64,000 nt of DNA from a bacterium (GCA_963643345.1 CAVIJK010000003.1:484-64483), one strand, 5' to 3'. Counted from the first letter of the stretch, positions 51,898 to 62,204 are shown. The notes: generated by a model from the sequence alone, not told the origin. A program made the numbers and translations.

Positions 51898-52759
51898 TTT
51901 TGCGCTCGGTAAATATGTTCCATACAAAACCCCTCTTCACAAAATGGATCCAAGAGTAAAAGTCCTTGGCATGATTTTCTTAATGGTTGCCGTGTTCTTT
52001 AGCTATCCAACATACACCATGACGTTTACCGTTATGGGAGCCTTGATTTTGTTCATTGTCTTCTTGATGCTTTTATCCAAAACATCTGTCCTGAAGCTGC
52101 TAAATTCTCTTAAGAGCCTTTGGTTTATGATTGTCTTCTTGCTAATCATATATATCGTTACACCTAAGAGTTCTACCGATGTTTTGCATGTTGCATTTAC
52201 CATTAACGGATACGCATTTTATTGGGAGAGCTTTCTTGATGCCGGAAGGATTCTTTTAAGATTAATTTTGATGATCGCCTTATCAATGGTTCTGACCACT
52301 ACAACGAGTCCATTAGATTTAACTTATGCTTTAGAGTGGTATATGACTCCGCTTAAGATTATTGGCTTTCCTGCGCATATCATCGCTATGACGATTTCTT
52401 TGGCGTTGCGGTTTATTCCGACCATTCTTGAAGACGTTAACCGTATTATGAAGGCCCAGACGTCACGTGGGGTTGATTTTGAACATGGTGGATTCGGCAA
52501 AAAGATTAAAGCCATTATTTCATTGATTATCCCTCTATTTGTATCTGCCTTTGTTAGGTCTGATGAACTTGCAAATGCGATGGAATGCAGAGGTTATGAT
52601 CCAAACGGGAAAAGAACCAAATATCGTAAGATGCATTTCAGATGGAGTGATGTTTTGTCTCTTCTAATTGTTGCGGCAATTTTAGCCGGTTGCATTTATA
52701 TGAATGTCACAAAGTTCGATTTGTTTATAATGCTTCTTGGGGATGGTGCGGTTCTATGA
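51890..52759 (+). CDS. ecfT: ECF transporter transmembrane component EcfT
   Basis: Polytopic protein with the conserved ..A..SRG.. region (KAQTSRGVDF) and operon position. Confidence 0.88.
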   Translation: MASFALGKYVPYKTPLHKMDPRVKVLGMIFLMVAVFFSYPTYTMTFTVMGALILFIVFLMLLSKTSVLKLLNSLKSLWFMIVFLLIIYIVTPKSSTDVLHVAFTINGYAFYWESFLDAGRILLRLILMIALSMVLTTTTSPLDLTYALEWYMTPLKIIGFPAHIIAMTISLALRFIPTILEDVNRIMKAQTSRGVDFEHGGFGKKIKAIISLIIPLFVSAFVRSDELANAMECRGYDPNGKRTKYRKMHFRWSDVLSLLIVAAILAGCIYMNVTKFDLFIMLLGDGAVL

Positions 52760-53496
52760 GTGTCTATCTTATGACCGTTGCCTACAATGGCACTAATTTC
52801 AAAGGCTTTGAGAAACAACCGAATCTTAGAACCGTTCAAGGAACGTTGGAGGAAGTTGTATCGAGTATTTTGGGTGTAAAAACACCTATTTCCGGCGCCG
52901 GGAGGACTGATGCTGGTGTCCACGCCTTTGCTCAAAGAATCAGCTTTAAAACGACTAAAGAAATAAAAGATTTGGAACATTTTAAGGTGGCGGTTAATAG
53001 ACTGAGCCCAAAAGATATCGTGGTTAAGTCAATCGAGAGGAAACCGGATGACTTCCACGCAAGACACAGCAACTGTGGTAAAGTCTATGAATACAAGTTT
53101 CATTGTGGAGAACGAGATCCGTTTGCGGTTGATGAATATCAATATGAGTGGCCTCATTTTGATTTTGAATTATTCACCAAGGCCATGATGGCTTATAAGG
53201 GTAGACACAATTTTCAAAACTTCACTGTTAAAGCAGACGATGTAGATGGCTTTATCCGCGTAATAGAAGATATATCTGTTGTTATTAATGACAATCATTG
53301 TGTAGTCACTCTAAAAGGCAATGGCTTTATGACGTATATGGTCCGGATGATGATCGGCATGGCGTTTAAGGTCGCATCAGGCAAATTGCCTCTCAGCCAA
53401 ATTGATGATATGTTATCCAACCCTATTCGTGATTTTAAATGTTATAAGGCGCCTGCAATGGGGCTGACCCTAAAAGAGGTTCTTTATGTCTCGTAA
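52756..53496 (+). CDS. truA: tRNA pseudouridine(38-40) synthase TruA
   Basis: ISGAGRTDAGVHA catalytic motif. ATG at 52756 forms an ATGA overlap with ecfT. Confidence 0.9.
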   Translation: MSVYLMTVAYNGTNFKGFEKQPNLRTVQGTLEEVVSSILGVKTPISGAGRTDAGVHAFAQRISFKTTKEIKDLEHFKVAVNRLSPKDIVVKSIERKPDDFHARHSNCGKVYEYKFHCGERDPFAVDEYQYEWPHFDFELFTKAMMAYKGRHNFQNFTVKADDVDGFIRVIEDISVVINDNHCVVTLKGNGFMTYMVRMMIGMAFKVASGKLPLSQIDDMLSNPIRDFKCYKAPAMGLTLKEVLYVS

Positions 53497-54346
53497 TTTT
53501 GGATATAACTATCACTCGCATACCTATAGATGTGGTCATGCAGTGGGGGATGAATTCGAAATGGTGGAATCCGCCATCAAGCATCACTATAAAATTTTAG
53601 GTATATCAGATCATATATTTTTACCGGGTATTTCCCAACCCACCGTGCGTGGTGATTATGATTTTTACGATGAATATGTTTCTAATCTAAAATACCTTAA
53701 AAAGAAATATAGCGATATCATAGAACTGTATTCTGCTTTTGAGTGTGAAGACTACGGGCCAAAGTACTTTGATTATTATCTAGGAATACTCGAAAAAGGT
53801 GATGCCGATTATTTAATCTTAGGTCAACATTGTAGATTGAACAGCGAACAAACTGATATTGAGTTCTATCATTATAAATCGGATCCAATTGGGGCATTAA
53901 AGAATTACACAGACGACTTGATTAGAGGCATGGAATCGGGATTATACATATACGTTTGTCATCCAGATTTGTTCCACAAATTCCTGTCTGGTTGGAACGA
54001 AGAATATGAGAAAGCGTCCATAAGAATCATAGAGAAAGCTATCGAACTTGACTTGCCGCTTGAAATAAACATGTGCGTTTCTAGGAACGAAAAGAAGATT
54101 GACGAGAATGGGAACAGGGTATTCTCCTATCCATGCGATGAGTTTTGGGATTTAGCCAGCAAAATGGGTGCTAAATGCATATTGGGTGTCGATGCACATG
54201 ACCCACGTCATTTGTATAACACCGAGTTTGATGAATTTAGGAAATTTATTAAGCGCCACAATCTTAAGCCGATGACCAAATTGGATATCGAAACATATAG
54301 GAAAAAACTATTTGATAGATATGGTCTTATAAAAAAGGCTAACTAG
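53486..54346 (+). CDS. PHP-domain histidinol-phosphatase-family hydrolase
   Basis: YHSHTYRCGHA N-terminal PHP motif, with later His/Asp ligands (SDH, HPD, DAHD). Confidence 0.75.
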   Translation: MSRNFGYNYHSHTYRCGHAVGDEFEMVESAIKHHYKILGISDHIFLPGISQPTVRGDYDFYDEYVSNLKYLKKKYSDIIELYSAFECEDYGPKYFDYYLGILEKGDADYLILGQHCRLNSEQTDIEFYHYKSDPIGALKNYTDDLIRGMESGLYIYVCHPDLFHKFLSGWNEEYEKASIRIIEKAIELDLPLEINMCVSRNEKKIDENGNRVFSYPCDEFWDLASKMGAKCILGVDAHDPRHLYNTEFDEFRKFIKRHNLKPMTKLDIETYRKKLFDRYGLIKKAN

Positions 54347-54399
54347 GAATAGTTCCTAGTGATAGAATACTAACCGCTAAATGAAGCAAAGGAGAATTT

Positions 54400-55110
54400 A
54401 TGGGAAGACATTTTGAAGTCAGAGCGGCCGCAATGGCAGCTACTGCAAAAGCAAAATCAGCAGTTTACATGCGTGCATCCAAAGAAATTTATGCCGCAGC
54501 AAAGAAGGGCGTCCCTGATCCTGCTTCCAACCTTGCATTAAGAAGTGCAATTGAAAAATATCGTAAGACATGCCCAAGAGACGTCATCGATCGTGCTATT
54601 GAAAAAGCCAAGGGCGGAGACGCAACAGCCTATATCGAAGGACGTTATGAGTTCTATGGTCCAGGCGGATCCTTCCTCATCGTTGATACGTTATCGGATA
54701 ATGTTAACCGTGCATTAGTCGGCGTTAAGACCATCGTCACCAAGAAAGGTGGAAAGATGGGTTCAGTCGCATACAATTTCGAAAGAGCCGGATTAATCGA
54801 TTTCGCCGCAACCGAGGACAAACTCGAAGGCATCGAAGAAGCATTGATCATGGCGGATGTTGATTTCTCAGATGCAAGTTGTGAAGATGGTATCGTCGAA
54901 ATCAAGACAGCCCCTGAGTCATTCGATGCAGCAAAAGAAGCTCTTAAAGGACTTGGATACACAGATTTCGAAAGAGCGGAAGTTACGCTTGTTCCAAATG
55001 ATTGGATTGAACTTCCAGCAGATGATGCTCAGAGAATGAAAGACTTGCTTGCAGCTCTTGATGAGAACGAAGACGTCCAAGCAGTCTATCATAACGTCGA
55101 TAACGCTTAA
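54400..55110 (+). CDS. yebC: YebC/PmpR-family transcriptional regulator
   Basis: MGRHFEVRAA..KAKSAVY.. full-length family pattern. Confidence 0.9.
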   Translation: MGRHFEVRAAAMAATAKAKSAVYMRASKEIYAAAKKGVPDPASNLALRSAIEKYRKTCPRDVIDRAIEKAKGGDATAYIEGRYEFYGPGGSFLIVDTLSDNVNRALVGVKTIVTKKGGKMGSVAYNFERAGLIDFAATEDKLEGIEEALIMADVDFSDASCEDGIVEIKTAPESFDAAKEALKGLGYTDFERAEVTLVPNDWIELPADDAQRMKDLLAALDENEDVQAVYHNVDNA

Positions 55111-55210
55111 TTGTTTTTAAAAAGAAAAGCCACTAGACCATTGAAACCTACCGATAATCCTAAACGGAAGAAGGAATGCGTATTCAACGGATGATAGTGG
55201 CTTTTTTTGA

Positions 55211-56518
55211 TTACTGCTGATTCTGTGCAGTTTCTTTTTTGATAAGCTCAGGCGAAATAGGTGTTGTTTTGTTTTTGTTAATTACTTTCAAGAGAATTGG
55301 TGTGACGAGTGAGCTAATTAGAATCAAGATAACCACAAATGTTGTGATGTTTTCGTTAACAACCGATTTAAGTTTATCAACGCAGACAAGGGCAACTTCG
55401 GCTCTCACCATCATTCCTACTCCGATTGAAGCCGAATCCTTCCAAGAGAATCCGCACGCTTTGGCGCTTAAACCGCAACCGAGGAGTTTACCGAGAATTC
55501 CGCAGATAACGAAGACTATTCCAAACCAAAGAAAACTCAAATCAAATGAACTGAATGATATATTGATTCCAATGTTAGCAAAGAATACAGGCGTAAATAA
55601 TAAAACGCCGAATATTTCCGCCTTTCTATCAATATAATCGCGATCGTGGTTGGTGGAGAGCAATAATCCCGCTAAGAACGCTCCTGTGATATCCGCAACT
55701 CCAAAGAATTCTTCGGCAAACCAGGCGTACAAGAAACACATGACAAGTGAAAAGACAGGAATTCTTTGGTGATGCTCGTATTTTCTTGTGATATGAGCAA
55801 AGAGCTTAGCGAGTCCAATTCCGGCTGCGCCGAATATTACAAAATAAATAACTATTGAGATGACTGAAGAGGCAGCGATATCCAGTCCTGCGTTGGTGAA
55901 TAAACGGACGAATAACGGTTGGGATGATAAATCAACCGTTTCAAGTCCTGAACTGGCATCAAGTCCTAAAACGATTGAGAGGACAACGACGCCGATGATG
56001 TCGTCGAGTATAGCTGCGCTTGTAACACAAGTACCCATCATGCTATTAAGTTTGCCGAGCTCTTTTAATGTGGCAACCGTAACAGAGACGGAAGTGGCGG
56101 TCAATATACAACCGTACGACAATGCCTCGAGATAGTTATTTGCTATATTTGCAAATCCGCCATCAAGCATTGCGGCTGCTGCTAAAAAACCGAGAGCCAT
56201 TGGGCAAACTACGCCCGCCATTGTAATAATAATGGCTTTTATACCGGTAGCTTTAATCTGTTTCAAATCGACTTCAAGTCCGGCGCTGAACATTATGAGA
56301 ATGACACCGATTTTAGCGATAAACCCAATTCCGTCGGAACTGGCTTCAGAAAAAATCTTTGTCCCAACATCCGGAATAAGTTTAACAAGCCCGAGCAATA
56401 ATCCGGCAACCAAGTAACCGATGACTTTAGGCAAACCGAACCTAGTACAGATGAGCGAGAAGGCCTTGCAGAACAAGAGAATTAGGCCCAATGGTAATAA
56501 CACAGAAACGAAATCCAT
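55211..56518 (-). CDS. Cation:proton antiporter (CPA2/Kef-NapA-like)
   Basis: About 12 TM segments, N-terminus ..LPKVIGYLVAGLLLG.. and an ILDD motif. ATG at 56518 follows AAAGGAGAAA. Confidence 0.8.
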   Translation of the reverse strand: MDFVSVLLPLGLILLFCKAFSLICTRFGLPKVIGYLVAGLLLGLVKLIPDVGTKIFSEASSDGIGFIAKIGVILIMFSAGLEVDLKQIKATGIKAIIITMAGVVCPMALGFLAAAAMLDGGFANIANNYLEALSYGCILTATSVSVTVATLKELGKLNSMMGTCVTSAAILDDIIGVVVLSIVLGLDASSGLETVDLSSQPLFVRLFTNAGLDIAASSVISIVIYFVIFGAAGIGLAKLFAHITRKYEHHQRIPVFSLVMCFLYAWFAEEFFGVADITGAFLAGLLLSTNHDRDYIDRKAEIFGVLLFTPVFFANIGINISFSSFDLSFLWFGIVFVICGILGKLLGCGLSAKACGFSWKDSASIGVGMMVRAEVALVCVDKLKSVVNENITTFVVILILISSLVTPILLKVINKNKTTPISPELIKKETAQNQQ

Positions 56519-56629
56519 AGTTATTTCTCCTTTCAGGAAACGGCAACGATTATAGTCTTTTTTTCGTTCACTTGCATTAAAACAGTAAAAGAAAAAGACC
56601 AAATGGTCTTAATCTTTGCTGTCTAGGCT

Positions 56630-58288
56630 TTAATTGTTGTCGTCGATATCTGCGCCGGTTGGGTCAACAATTGAATAGCCAACGTTAGTTAAATGGTCCG
56701 CAACACGCTCCAAATTTGAAATAAATGTTGTATAGAATGGGGAGACTTCTACCGAGCATTTTTGATCTTTCAGTCTTAAGTAGTGGGCATTCGAGAAATC
56801 GCGTTTCATATCATCAGTTTTTGCTTCTAGCTCATGGAGTTCTGGAAGCTTTGATTTGTCCTTGTCTCTAAAAATTACCGTGACTAAATCGCACATTTTT
56901 TCAATAACCTTGAACATTTCGTCAAATTCTTCTTTTGCCGTATCGGAGAATTTGACTTCGTCATCAACCATTTTACATGATTCTGTATAGAAATTGTTTG
57001 CATGGTCGCCTATACGCTCAATATCGTTAATAACGTGGAAGAAAGCACCAATTTTCCTTGCGTCGTTTTCTTCGGCTTTTGGGGAGACTTCTATCAAGAA
57101 GGATGTCAGTCTTTCGTTTATCTTATCTATCGTGTCTTCGGTGTCGGTTAGGATTCCGTCTTGCGATTCATCTTGCGTAATGATTCTCTTATAACCACGC
57201 CTTAAGTTTTCAAATGATAAATCCATCATTCTAAGGATTTCTTTTTTAGCCATCATTGTTGCGATGGTTGGTGTGTTGACCATTTTGTCATCGATGTATT
57301 TAACGCATGAAATGAGCTTTTTGTCTTTTTTCTCTTTAATTAGTTTCTCACTCCATTCACAGAATTTGCCGGCGAATGGGAGAAGCAGTAGGTTGAATAC
57401 AATGTTATAGAGGAGATAAAAGATGGCGATAGACATTCCAAGGTGGTCAGCAAAGACGGAGGATAGCCATGCTTCAATTTGTCCAGGTACGCAGGCATCC
57501 ACAGACCACATTACGGCAGTGCCAATTATAGCTGTTGTCAATCTCATGAATAGACAAATCCATGCCGCTCTTTTTGAGTTAACATTTGACCCAATTGAAG
57601 CAAGGAGAGTTGTCACAACCGTTCCAACAGATGCGCCAAGCATAATATACATGCCGGATAATGGAGGAATGATTCCGCTCGTAACCATGACGATTACTAT
57701 GCCCGATGTAGCGGAACTTGATTGAATGATTGCGGTAAACACAAGTCCGATAAGTACCAATAAAATCGGAAGTTTGACTGTTTGGAATAGATTAGTGAAT
57801 AAATTTGTTAATTCGGCTTGGTTTTTCATCGCGCCAGACATTGTTTCCAATCCGAAGAACAAGATTCCAAATCCACAAAGCATTGTGCCAATATTCTTAA
57901 CTTTGACATTGTTGAAGAACATCATGACTAGGCCGATGAAGGCGAATACCATCAAATATAAAGATATGCTGAAAGATGACAAAGAAACGATTAAACCCGT
58001 AACCGTTGTTCCGATGTATGCGCCCATAATAATGCACACAGCTTGTTGCAGCGTCATTACGCCTGCGTTAACGAAGCCGACTACGATAACGGAAGTGGCG
58101 GAACTTGATTGAATAATCGAGGTTACAGCAGCGCCGATCCCCAATCCGGCTATCTTATTTTTTTGGATTTTTCTAAAAAGATTCTTCAGTCCTCGCCCAG
58201 CAGCTTTCTTCAAACCTCCAGACATCATTTCCATGCCCGTCATGAATACAGCGAGACCCACCAGCAATTTAATTATTCCTTCAACCAT
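56630..58288 (-). CDS. Na/Pi-cotransporter family protein with C-terminal PhoU-like domains
   Basis: Duplicated IQSSSATS motifs and a C-terminal IERIGDHA / LERVADHL PhoU repeat. ATG at 58288 chosen. Confidence 0.82.
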   Translation of the reverse strand: MVEGIIKLLVGLAVFMTGMEMMSGGLKKAAGRGLKNLFRKIQKNKIAGLGIGAAVTSIIQSSSATSVIVVGFVNAGVMTLQQAVCIIMGAYIGTTVTGLIVSLSSFSISLYLMVFAFIGLVMMFFNNVKVKNIGTMLCGFGILFFGLETMSGAMKNQAELTNLFTNLFQTVKLPILLVLIGLVFTAIIQSSSATSGIVIVMVTSGIIPPLSGMYIMLGASVGTVVTTLLASIGSNVNSKRAAWICLFMRLTTAIIGTAVMWSVDACVPGQIEAWLSSVFADHLGMSIAIFYLLYNIVFNLLLLPFAGKFCEWSEKLIKEKKDKKLISCVKYIDDKMVNTPTIATMMAKKEILRMMDLSFENLRRGYKRIITQDESQDGILTDTEDTIDKINERLTSFLIEVSPKAEENDARKIGAFFHVINDIERIGDHANNFYTESCKMVDDEVKFSDTAKEEFDEMFKVIEKMCDLVTVIFRDKDKSKLPELHELEAKTDDMKRDFSNAHYLRLKDQKCSVEVSPFYTTFISNLERVADHLTNVGYSIVDPTGADIDDNN

Positions 58289-58408
58289 GTTTGATACCTC
58301 GTATATTAGTTTACTAAATTGTTGAATCGAATTGACATAAGATTTACATTCAAGCAAGCGTTTTCATTGTTTCCTTACGTGAAAATCTAAGTTTTTTATC
58401 ATTTTCCT

Positions 58409-58437
58409 TTGACAATATACCTTAAGGTATGGATAAT
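58409..58437 (+). promoter_or_regulatory. Sigma-A promoter of rplM-rpsI
   Basis: TTGACA, 17-nt spacer, GATAAT. An ~90-nt leader follows. Confidence 0.6.
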
Positions 58438-58529
58438 TTCACTCGGCACTACTTTTGAAAGAGGAAACCCCGGTAAAGTTGAATCATAGAAAAAGATAGT
58501 CAAACAGACTAGGAAGAAGGAAAGAAATT

Positions 58530-58970
58530 ATGCAGCGTCAAACAACAATGGCAAAGCCAGCTGAAGTTAAACGTGCTTGGTATGTCGTCGATGCGACAGA
58601 CATCCCGCTCGGCCGTTTAGCATCTAATGTCGCACAGATCCTTATGGGCAAGAATAAGCCAACTTATACTCCAAATGAGGATACAGGCGATTGCGTTATC
58701 GTTATTAACGCATCCAAAGTCAAGCTCACAGGAGATGCTGAGCACAAGAAGAATTATTACAACGTCTCTGGTTATAACGGTGGATTAAGAACACGTTCAT
58801 CAGGCGTCATGAAGAGAGAATTCCCATGCGAAATGGTTGAAAGAGCCGTTTGGGGAATGCTTCCAAAAGGACCTCTTGGCCGCACAATGGCAAAGAAGCT
58901 CTTCGTCTATGCAGACGACAAGCATGAGCAGTCAGCTCAGAAGCCAGTCGCTCTTGATCTCAAGAAATAA
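58530..58970 (+). CDS. rplM: 50S ribosomal protein L13
   Basis: [23 protein letters not shown] signature. Confidence 0.96.
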   Translation: MQRQTTMAKPAEVKRAWYVVDATDIPLGRLASNVAQILMGKNKPTYTPNEDTGDCVIVINASKVKLTGDAEHKKNYYNVSGYNGGLRTRSSGVMKREFPCEMVERAVWGMLPKGPLGRTMAKKLFVYADDKHEQSAQKPVALDLKK

Positions 58971-58984
58971 GGAGAACTAAACAC

Positions 58985-59374
58985 ATGGCAGAAACAAAGT
59001 ATTACGGCACAGGCCGCAGAAAATCATCAACAGCTCGTGTTTACGTCACAGCAGGATCAGGCAAGATCACAGTCAATGGCAAAGAAGTCTCTGAATATAT
59101 GCCATATGCAACTCTTGTCCAAAATCTCAAACAGCCTTTAGCTCTCACAGCTACAGAAGGAAAGTATGATGTTGAAGCGTTCGCTATGGGCGGCGGCTTC
59201 ACAGGACAGGCAGAAGCAATCCGTTTAGGACTTGCTCGTGCACTTCTCGAAGCAGGCGAAGACAGAAGCACATTGAAAGTCGCTGGTATGTTAACTCGTA
59301 ACAGCCGTGCTAAAGAGCGTAAGAAATACGGTCTCAAAGGCGCAAGACGTGCTCCACAGTTCAGCAAACGTTAA
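58985..59374 (+). CDS. rpsI: 30S ribosomal protein S9
   Basis: YYGTGRRK...GGG..GQA.A...G.ARAL...RD.R..ERKK.G..GARR..QFSKR. Confidence 0.96.
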   Translation: MAETKYYGTGRRKSSTARVYVTAGSGKITVNGKEVSEYMPYATLVQNLKQPLALTATEGKYDVEAFAMGGGFTGQAEAIRLGLARALLEAGEDRSTLKVAGMLTRNSRAKERKKYGLKGARRAPQFSKR

Positions 59375-59397
59375 TCCGTTTACTCTACAAGAATCCA

Positions 59398-59426
59398 AGC
59401 TCAGCTATGCTGGGCTTTTCTTTTTG
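59398..59426 (+). terminator. Intrinsic terminator after rpsI
   Basis: AGCTCAGC-TAT-GCTGGGCT stem followed by TTTTCTTTTT. Confidence 0.7.
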
Positions 59427-59521
59427 TCTCTCACATAAAAAAGAGGCCATTTTATGAGGTGTACCCCAATCCTGAACAAATTGAGGAATAATAAAATTTC
59501 GGTCTCTTTTTTCTTTAATAT

Positions 59522-60391
59522 TTATCTTTGCTTAGAGTGAAAGCAAATGCCGGTGCAGTCAGGTCCGCAATGCGACCCGATTGTTGGGTTGATGTCGATG
59601 ATTTTCACATCGATGTCAGCCCCGTATTTTTCTTTTAGTTTTGCAACTACCATCTCGGCTAAATCCCTGCAGCCGGTTGATGCGACGGTAATCTCATATT
59701 TCTCGACTTCATCTCCAACCTTTTCAACATAGCCAAGAAGTTTTTCGATCGCTTTTTTTCTTCCGGTTGCTTTATCGATTGAAACCATTTTGCCTTCGCT
59801 CGACATATAGATGAGCGGTTTGATACCAATGATGTTGCCCATGAATGCAGTAATTCCTGAGACACGTCCCGATTTCCCAAAGAATTTTAAATTGTCAGCA
59901 TAAAAATAGACACTCCAATGGAAGACATCATCATTTAATTTTTTAAGAACCTCTTCAACTGCGGCTCCTTCTTTATACATTTTCATGGCAACCATAACCT
60001 GAGCACGTGAGACAAGAGTGATTCCTTTGGTGTCAAAGTGATAGAATTTCCTGCCTGGATATTTCTTCTCAAGTTCCTTTACCGCTAAATACATCGCATT
60101 GTAGGTTCCTGACATTGCCTCTGAGAAATGGACATATAAAATATCATTTCCAGCAGCAAATTCCGGCTCGAAGTATTTAATATATGTTTCTGGGCTTAAA
60201 GCCGATGTTTTTGGGAGAACGCCTTTTCTCAACAATTCATAAAATGGTTCAGCATCGAATTCTTCAAAATCGATATACGGAAAGATTTCTTTTTCGCCGA
60301 TTGTGTAAGGCATGGAAATAAGTTTGGCGCCATATTCTTTGGCGATAGTAGGGGTTATATCGCAGTCGGTGTCTGTAAAGAGTGAGTACAT
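59522..60391 (-). CDS. degV: DegV-family fatty-acid-binding protein
   Basis: Full-length DegV pattern (..TDTDCDI....SALSPE...VSTGC..HCGPD..). Confidence 0.86.
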   Translation of the reverse strand: MYSLFTDTDCDITPTIAKEYGAKLISMPYTIGEKEIFPYIDFEEFDAEPFYELLRKGVLPKTSALSPETYIKYFEPEFAAGNDILYVHFSEAMSGTYNAMYLAVKELEKKYPGRKFYHFDTKGITLVSRAQVMVAMKMYKEGAAVEEVLKKLNDDVFHWSVYFYADNLKFFGKSGRVSGITAFMGNIIGIKPLIYMSSEGKMVSIDKATGRKKAIEKLLGYVEKVGDEVEKYEITVASTGCRDLAEMVVAKLKEKYGADIDVKIIDINPTIGSHCGPDCTGICFHSKQR

Positions 60392-60568
60392 ATATTATCC
60401 TTTTTTGAATTGGCAAATTGACTTTTACACTCTATATGATTTCGTTCTTTCTGTCAAATTTGAGGGCCTAACGCGCGTACATGCGATAAATAATATAGAA
60501 ATAGTTATTTTTCTACTTGCTACACAATTTCCTTAGTTGTATATTATTAAAGCACTTCGGTGCGGTGT

Positions 60569-60645
60569 GGGCCTTTAGCTCAGCTGGTTAGAGCGTGCGC
60601 TTGATAAGCGCAAGGTCGATGGTTCGAGCCCATTAAGGCCCACCA
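60569..60645 (+). tRNA. tRNA-Ile (GAU)
   Basis: Cloverleaf with acceptor GGGCCTT/AAGGCCC, anticodon loop CTGATAA, TTCGAGC T-loop and encoded CCA. Confidence 0.92.
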
Positions 60646-60711
60646 ACTTAATTTGTAGCGTTTGATTGAAGCAAATGTTATGCAGCGGTGTTCTACGAGA
60701 GAACCGCCCTT

Positions 60712-60786
60712 GGGTGTTTAGCTCAGTGGGAGAGCGCTTCCTTCACACGGAAGAGGTCACAGGTTCGAAACCCGTAACACCCACCA
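60712..60786 (+). tRNA. tRNA-Val (CAC)
   Basis: Acceptor GGGTGTT/AACACCC, anticodon stem CTTCC/GGAAG with loop TTCACAC, TTCGAAA T-loop and encoded CCA. Confidence 0.9.
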
Positions 60787-60790
60787 GAAT

Positions 60791-60866
60791 GCCGACCTAG
60801 CTCAATTGGCAGAGCAACGCACCTGTAATGCGTAGGTTGCTGGTTCGATTCCGGTGGTCGGCACCA
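60791..60866 (+). tRNA. tRNA-Thr (UGU), with C rather than U at position 33
   Basis: Acceptor GCCGACC/GGTCGGC, D-stem GCTC/GAGC, anticodon stem ACGCA/TGCGT with loop CCTGTAA, TTCGATT T-loop and encoded CCA. Confidence 0.85.
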
Positions 60867-60877
60867 TCTGATAAATT

Positions 60878-60905
60878 AGCTCAGCAGAAAGCTGGGCTTT
60901 TTTTG
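60878..60905 (+). terminator. Intrinsic terminator after the tRNA cluster
   Basis: AGCTCAGC-AGAAA-GCTGGGCT stem followed by TTTTTTT. Confidence 0.75.
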
Positions 60906-60930
60906 TGAAAAAAAGTCTCGTTTAGAGACT

Positions 60931-61707
60931 TTATTTACTTGATGAGTTTTCTACGTATTTTTCAAGGTACTTATTGACCTTTTGTCCTTCTAACGGTTTG
61001 GATGAATCGATTAATTCAAATGTCATTGCGTCACTGTGTTTCTTGCTTAAATTTGCTCTGAATTTGTTCGTGATCGTCCAAGTTAGGATCGGTTTACCCT
61101 CTTTATGCCATCTACGGACTTCTTTAGATAAGAAAGATAATCTTACTTCTGAATCGATGAAATCGTAGTCATTCGGATTTACGCTGCCTTTATTATTCCA
61201 CTCGGTTTTACCGTACAAACGCCCGATATTTATCTCGGTGTCTCTCAGTCCTTTTAGAACTTCCCCATTGAACGAAATGAGGACAATATTTCTTTTGTCT
61301 TTTAATGCCATCAAGATTGGCTTTACATACTTTATGATATCTTCAACTTGCCCATCTTGGACTTTTATTTCCAGCACAAGTGGAACTTTGCAGTCCCACA
61401 AATCAATAAGCTCTTCTAACGTGATTAAACAGGTTCCATCAAATAATTTGTAATCTCTTTGAATTTCTTCGACGGTTAAATCCCGGATGTTGCCCTCTTT
61501 GCCGGTAACGCGGAGTAACGTTCCATCGTGATTCACGATAAAACGGTGGTCCCTCGTTAAATTGATATCGCATTCAAATGGTAATCCGTGTTCGATTGCG
61601 TTTTCAAAAGCGGCTTTAGAGTTTTCAGGTCTTGTTAGGTCGTGCAATCCGCGATGGCAGACTCCGTTAGACCATGAAGCGAATATTTCTTTAATTGAGG
61701 CTTTCAT
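60931..61707 (-). CDS. Glycerophosphodiester phosphodiesterase family protein
   Basis: HRGLHD...ENS..AF...E.D GDPD N-terminal motifs. Confidence 0.82.
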   Translation of the reverse strand: MKASIKEIFASWSNGVCHRGLHDLTRPENSKAAFENAIEHGLPFECDINLTRDHRFIVNHDGTLLRVTGKEGNIRDLTVEEIQRDYKLFDGTCLITLEELIDLWDCKVPLVLEIKVQDGQVEDIIKYVKPILMALKDKRNIVLISFNGEVLKGLRDTEINIGRLYGKTEWNNKGSVNPNDYDFIDSEVRLSFLSKEVRRWHKEGKPILTWTITNKFRANLSKKHSDAMTFELIDSSKPLEGQKVNKYLEKYVENSSSK

Positions 61708-62204
61708 TTTATGTCTATTTCCTCGATATCCGTGGGTAGAGGTTCATTCATCATAACGGTATAGTCGCTGTGATTTGGGGAAATCTGCTGGGGGCTCAAT
61801 CTCATGTAGAGCGCATCGCCTCTAGCAAGCACCTCTCCATCCATGTTTCTTATCTCGCCCCAACCTTTGAATGTGATATTTGATACATTTTCAATTTTGG
61901 CAACGCACATAAGCGGCGTTTCATAAGGCACAGGTTTCTTATATTTTATTTCTAATTTAATCGTGCATCCCCAAATATTCTTATCAATGCACCAGACTGC
62001 TCTGCCTATTGTCTCATCCAAAATTGCGCTGATATTTCCGCCGTGCGTTCTTTCTGGGTAAGATTGATGATTGTAGCTAAATTGGAAAAGGGAAACACAG
62101 GACCCATCTTCCATATTGTAGAAGTTGGCGTGCAGTCCATATGGGTTTTCGGTGCCGCAGACGTAGCATTCTTTGCCATTAGCTTGTTTTGCGATTACTT
62201 TCAT
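61704..62204 (-). CDS. Hotdog-fold (PaaI-like) thioesterase
   Basis: CYVCG..NP.GLH...HGG..SAILDE..G pattern. 4-nt overlap with the downstream gene. Confidence 0.72.
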   Translation of the reverse strand: MKVIAKQANGKECYVCGTENPYGLHANFYNMEDGSCVSLFQFSYNHQSYPERTHGGNISAILDETIGRAVWCIDKNIWGCTIKLEIKYKKPVPYETPLMCVAKIENVSNITFKGWGEIRNMDGEVLARGDALYMRLSPQQISPNHSDYTVMMNEPLPTDIEEIDIK

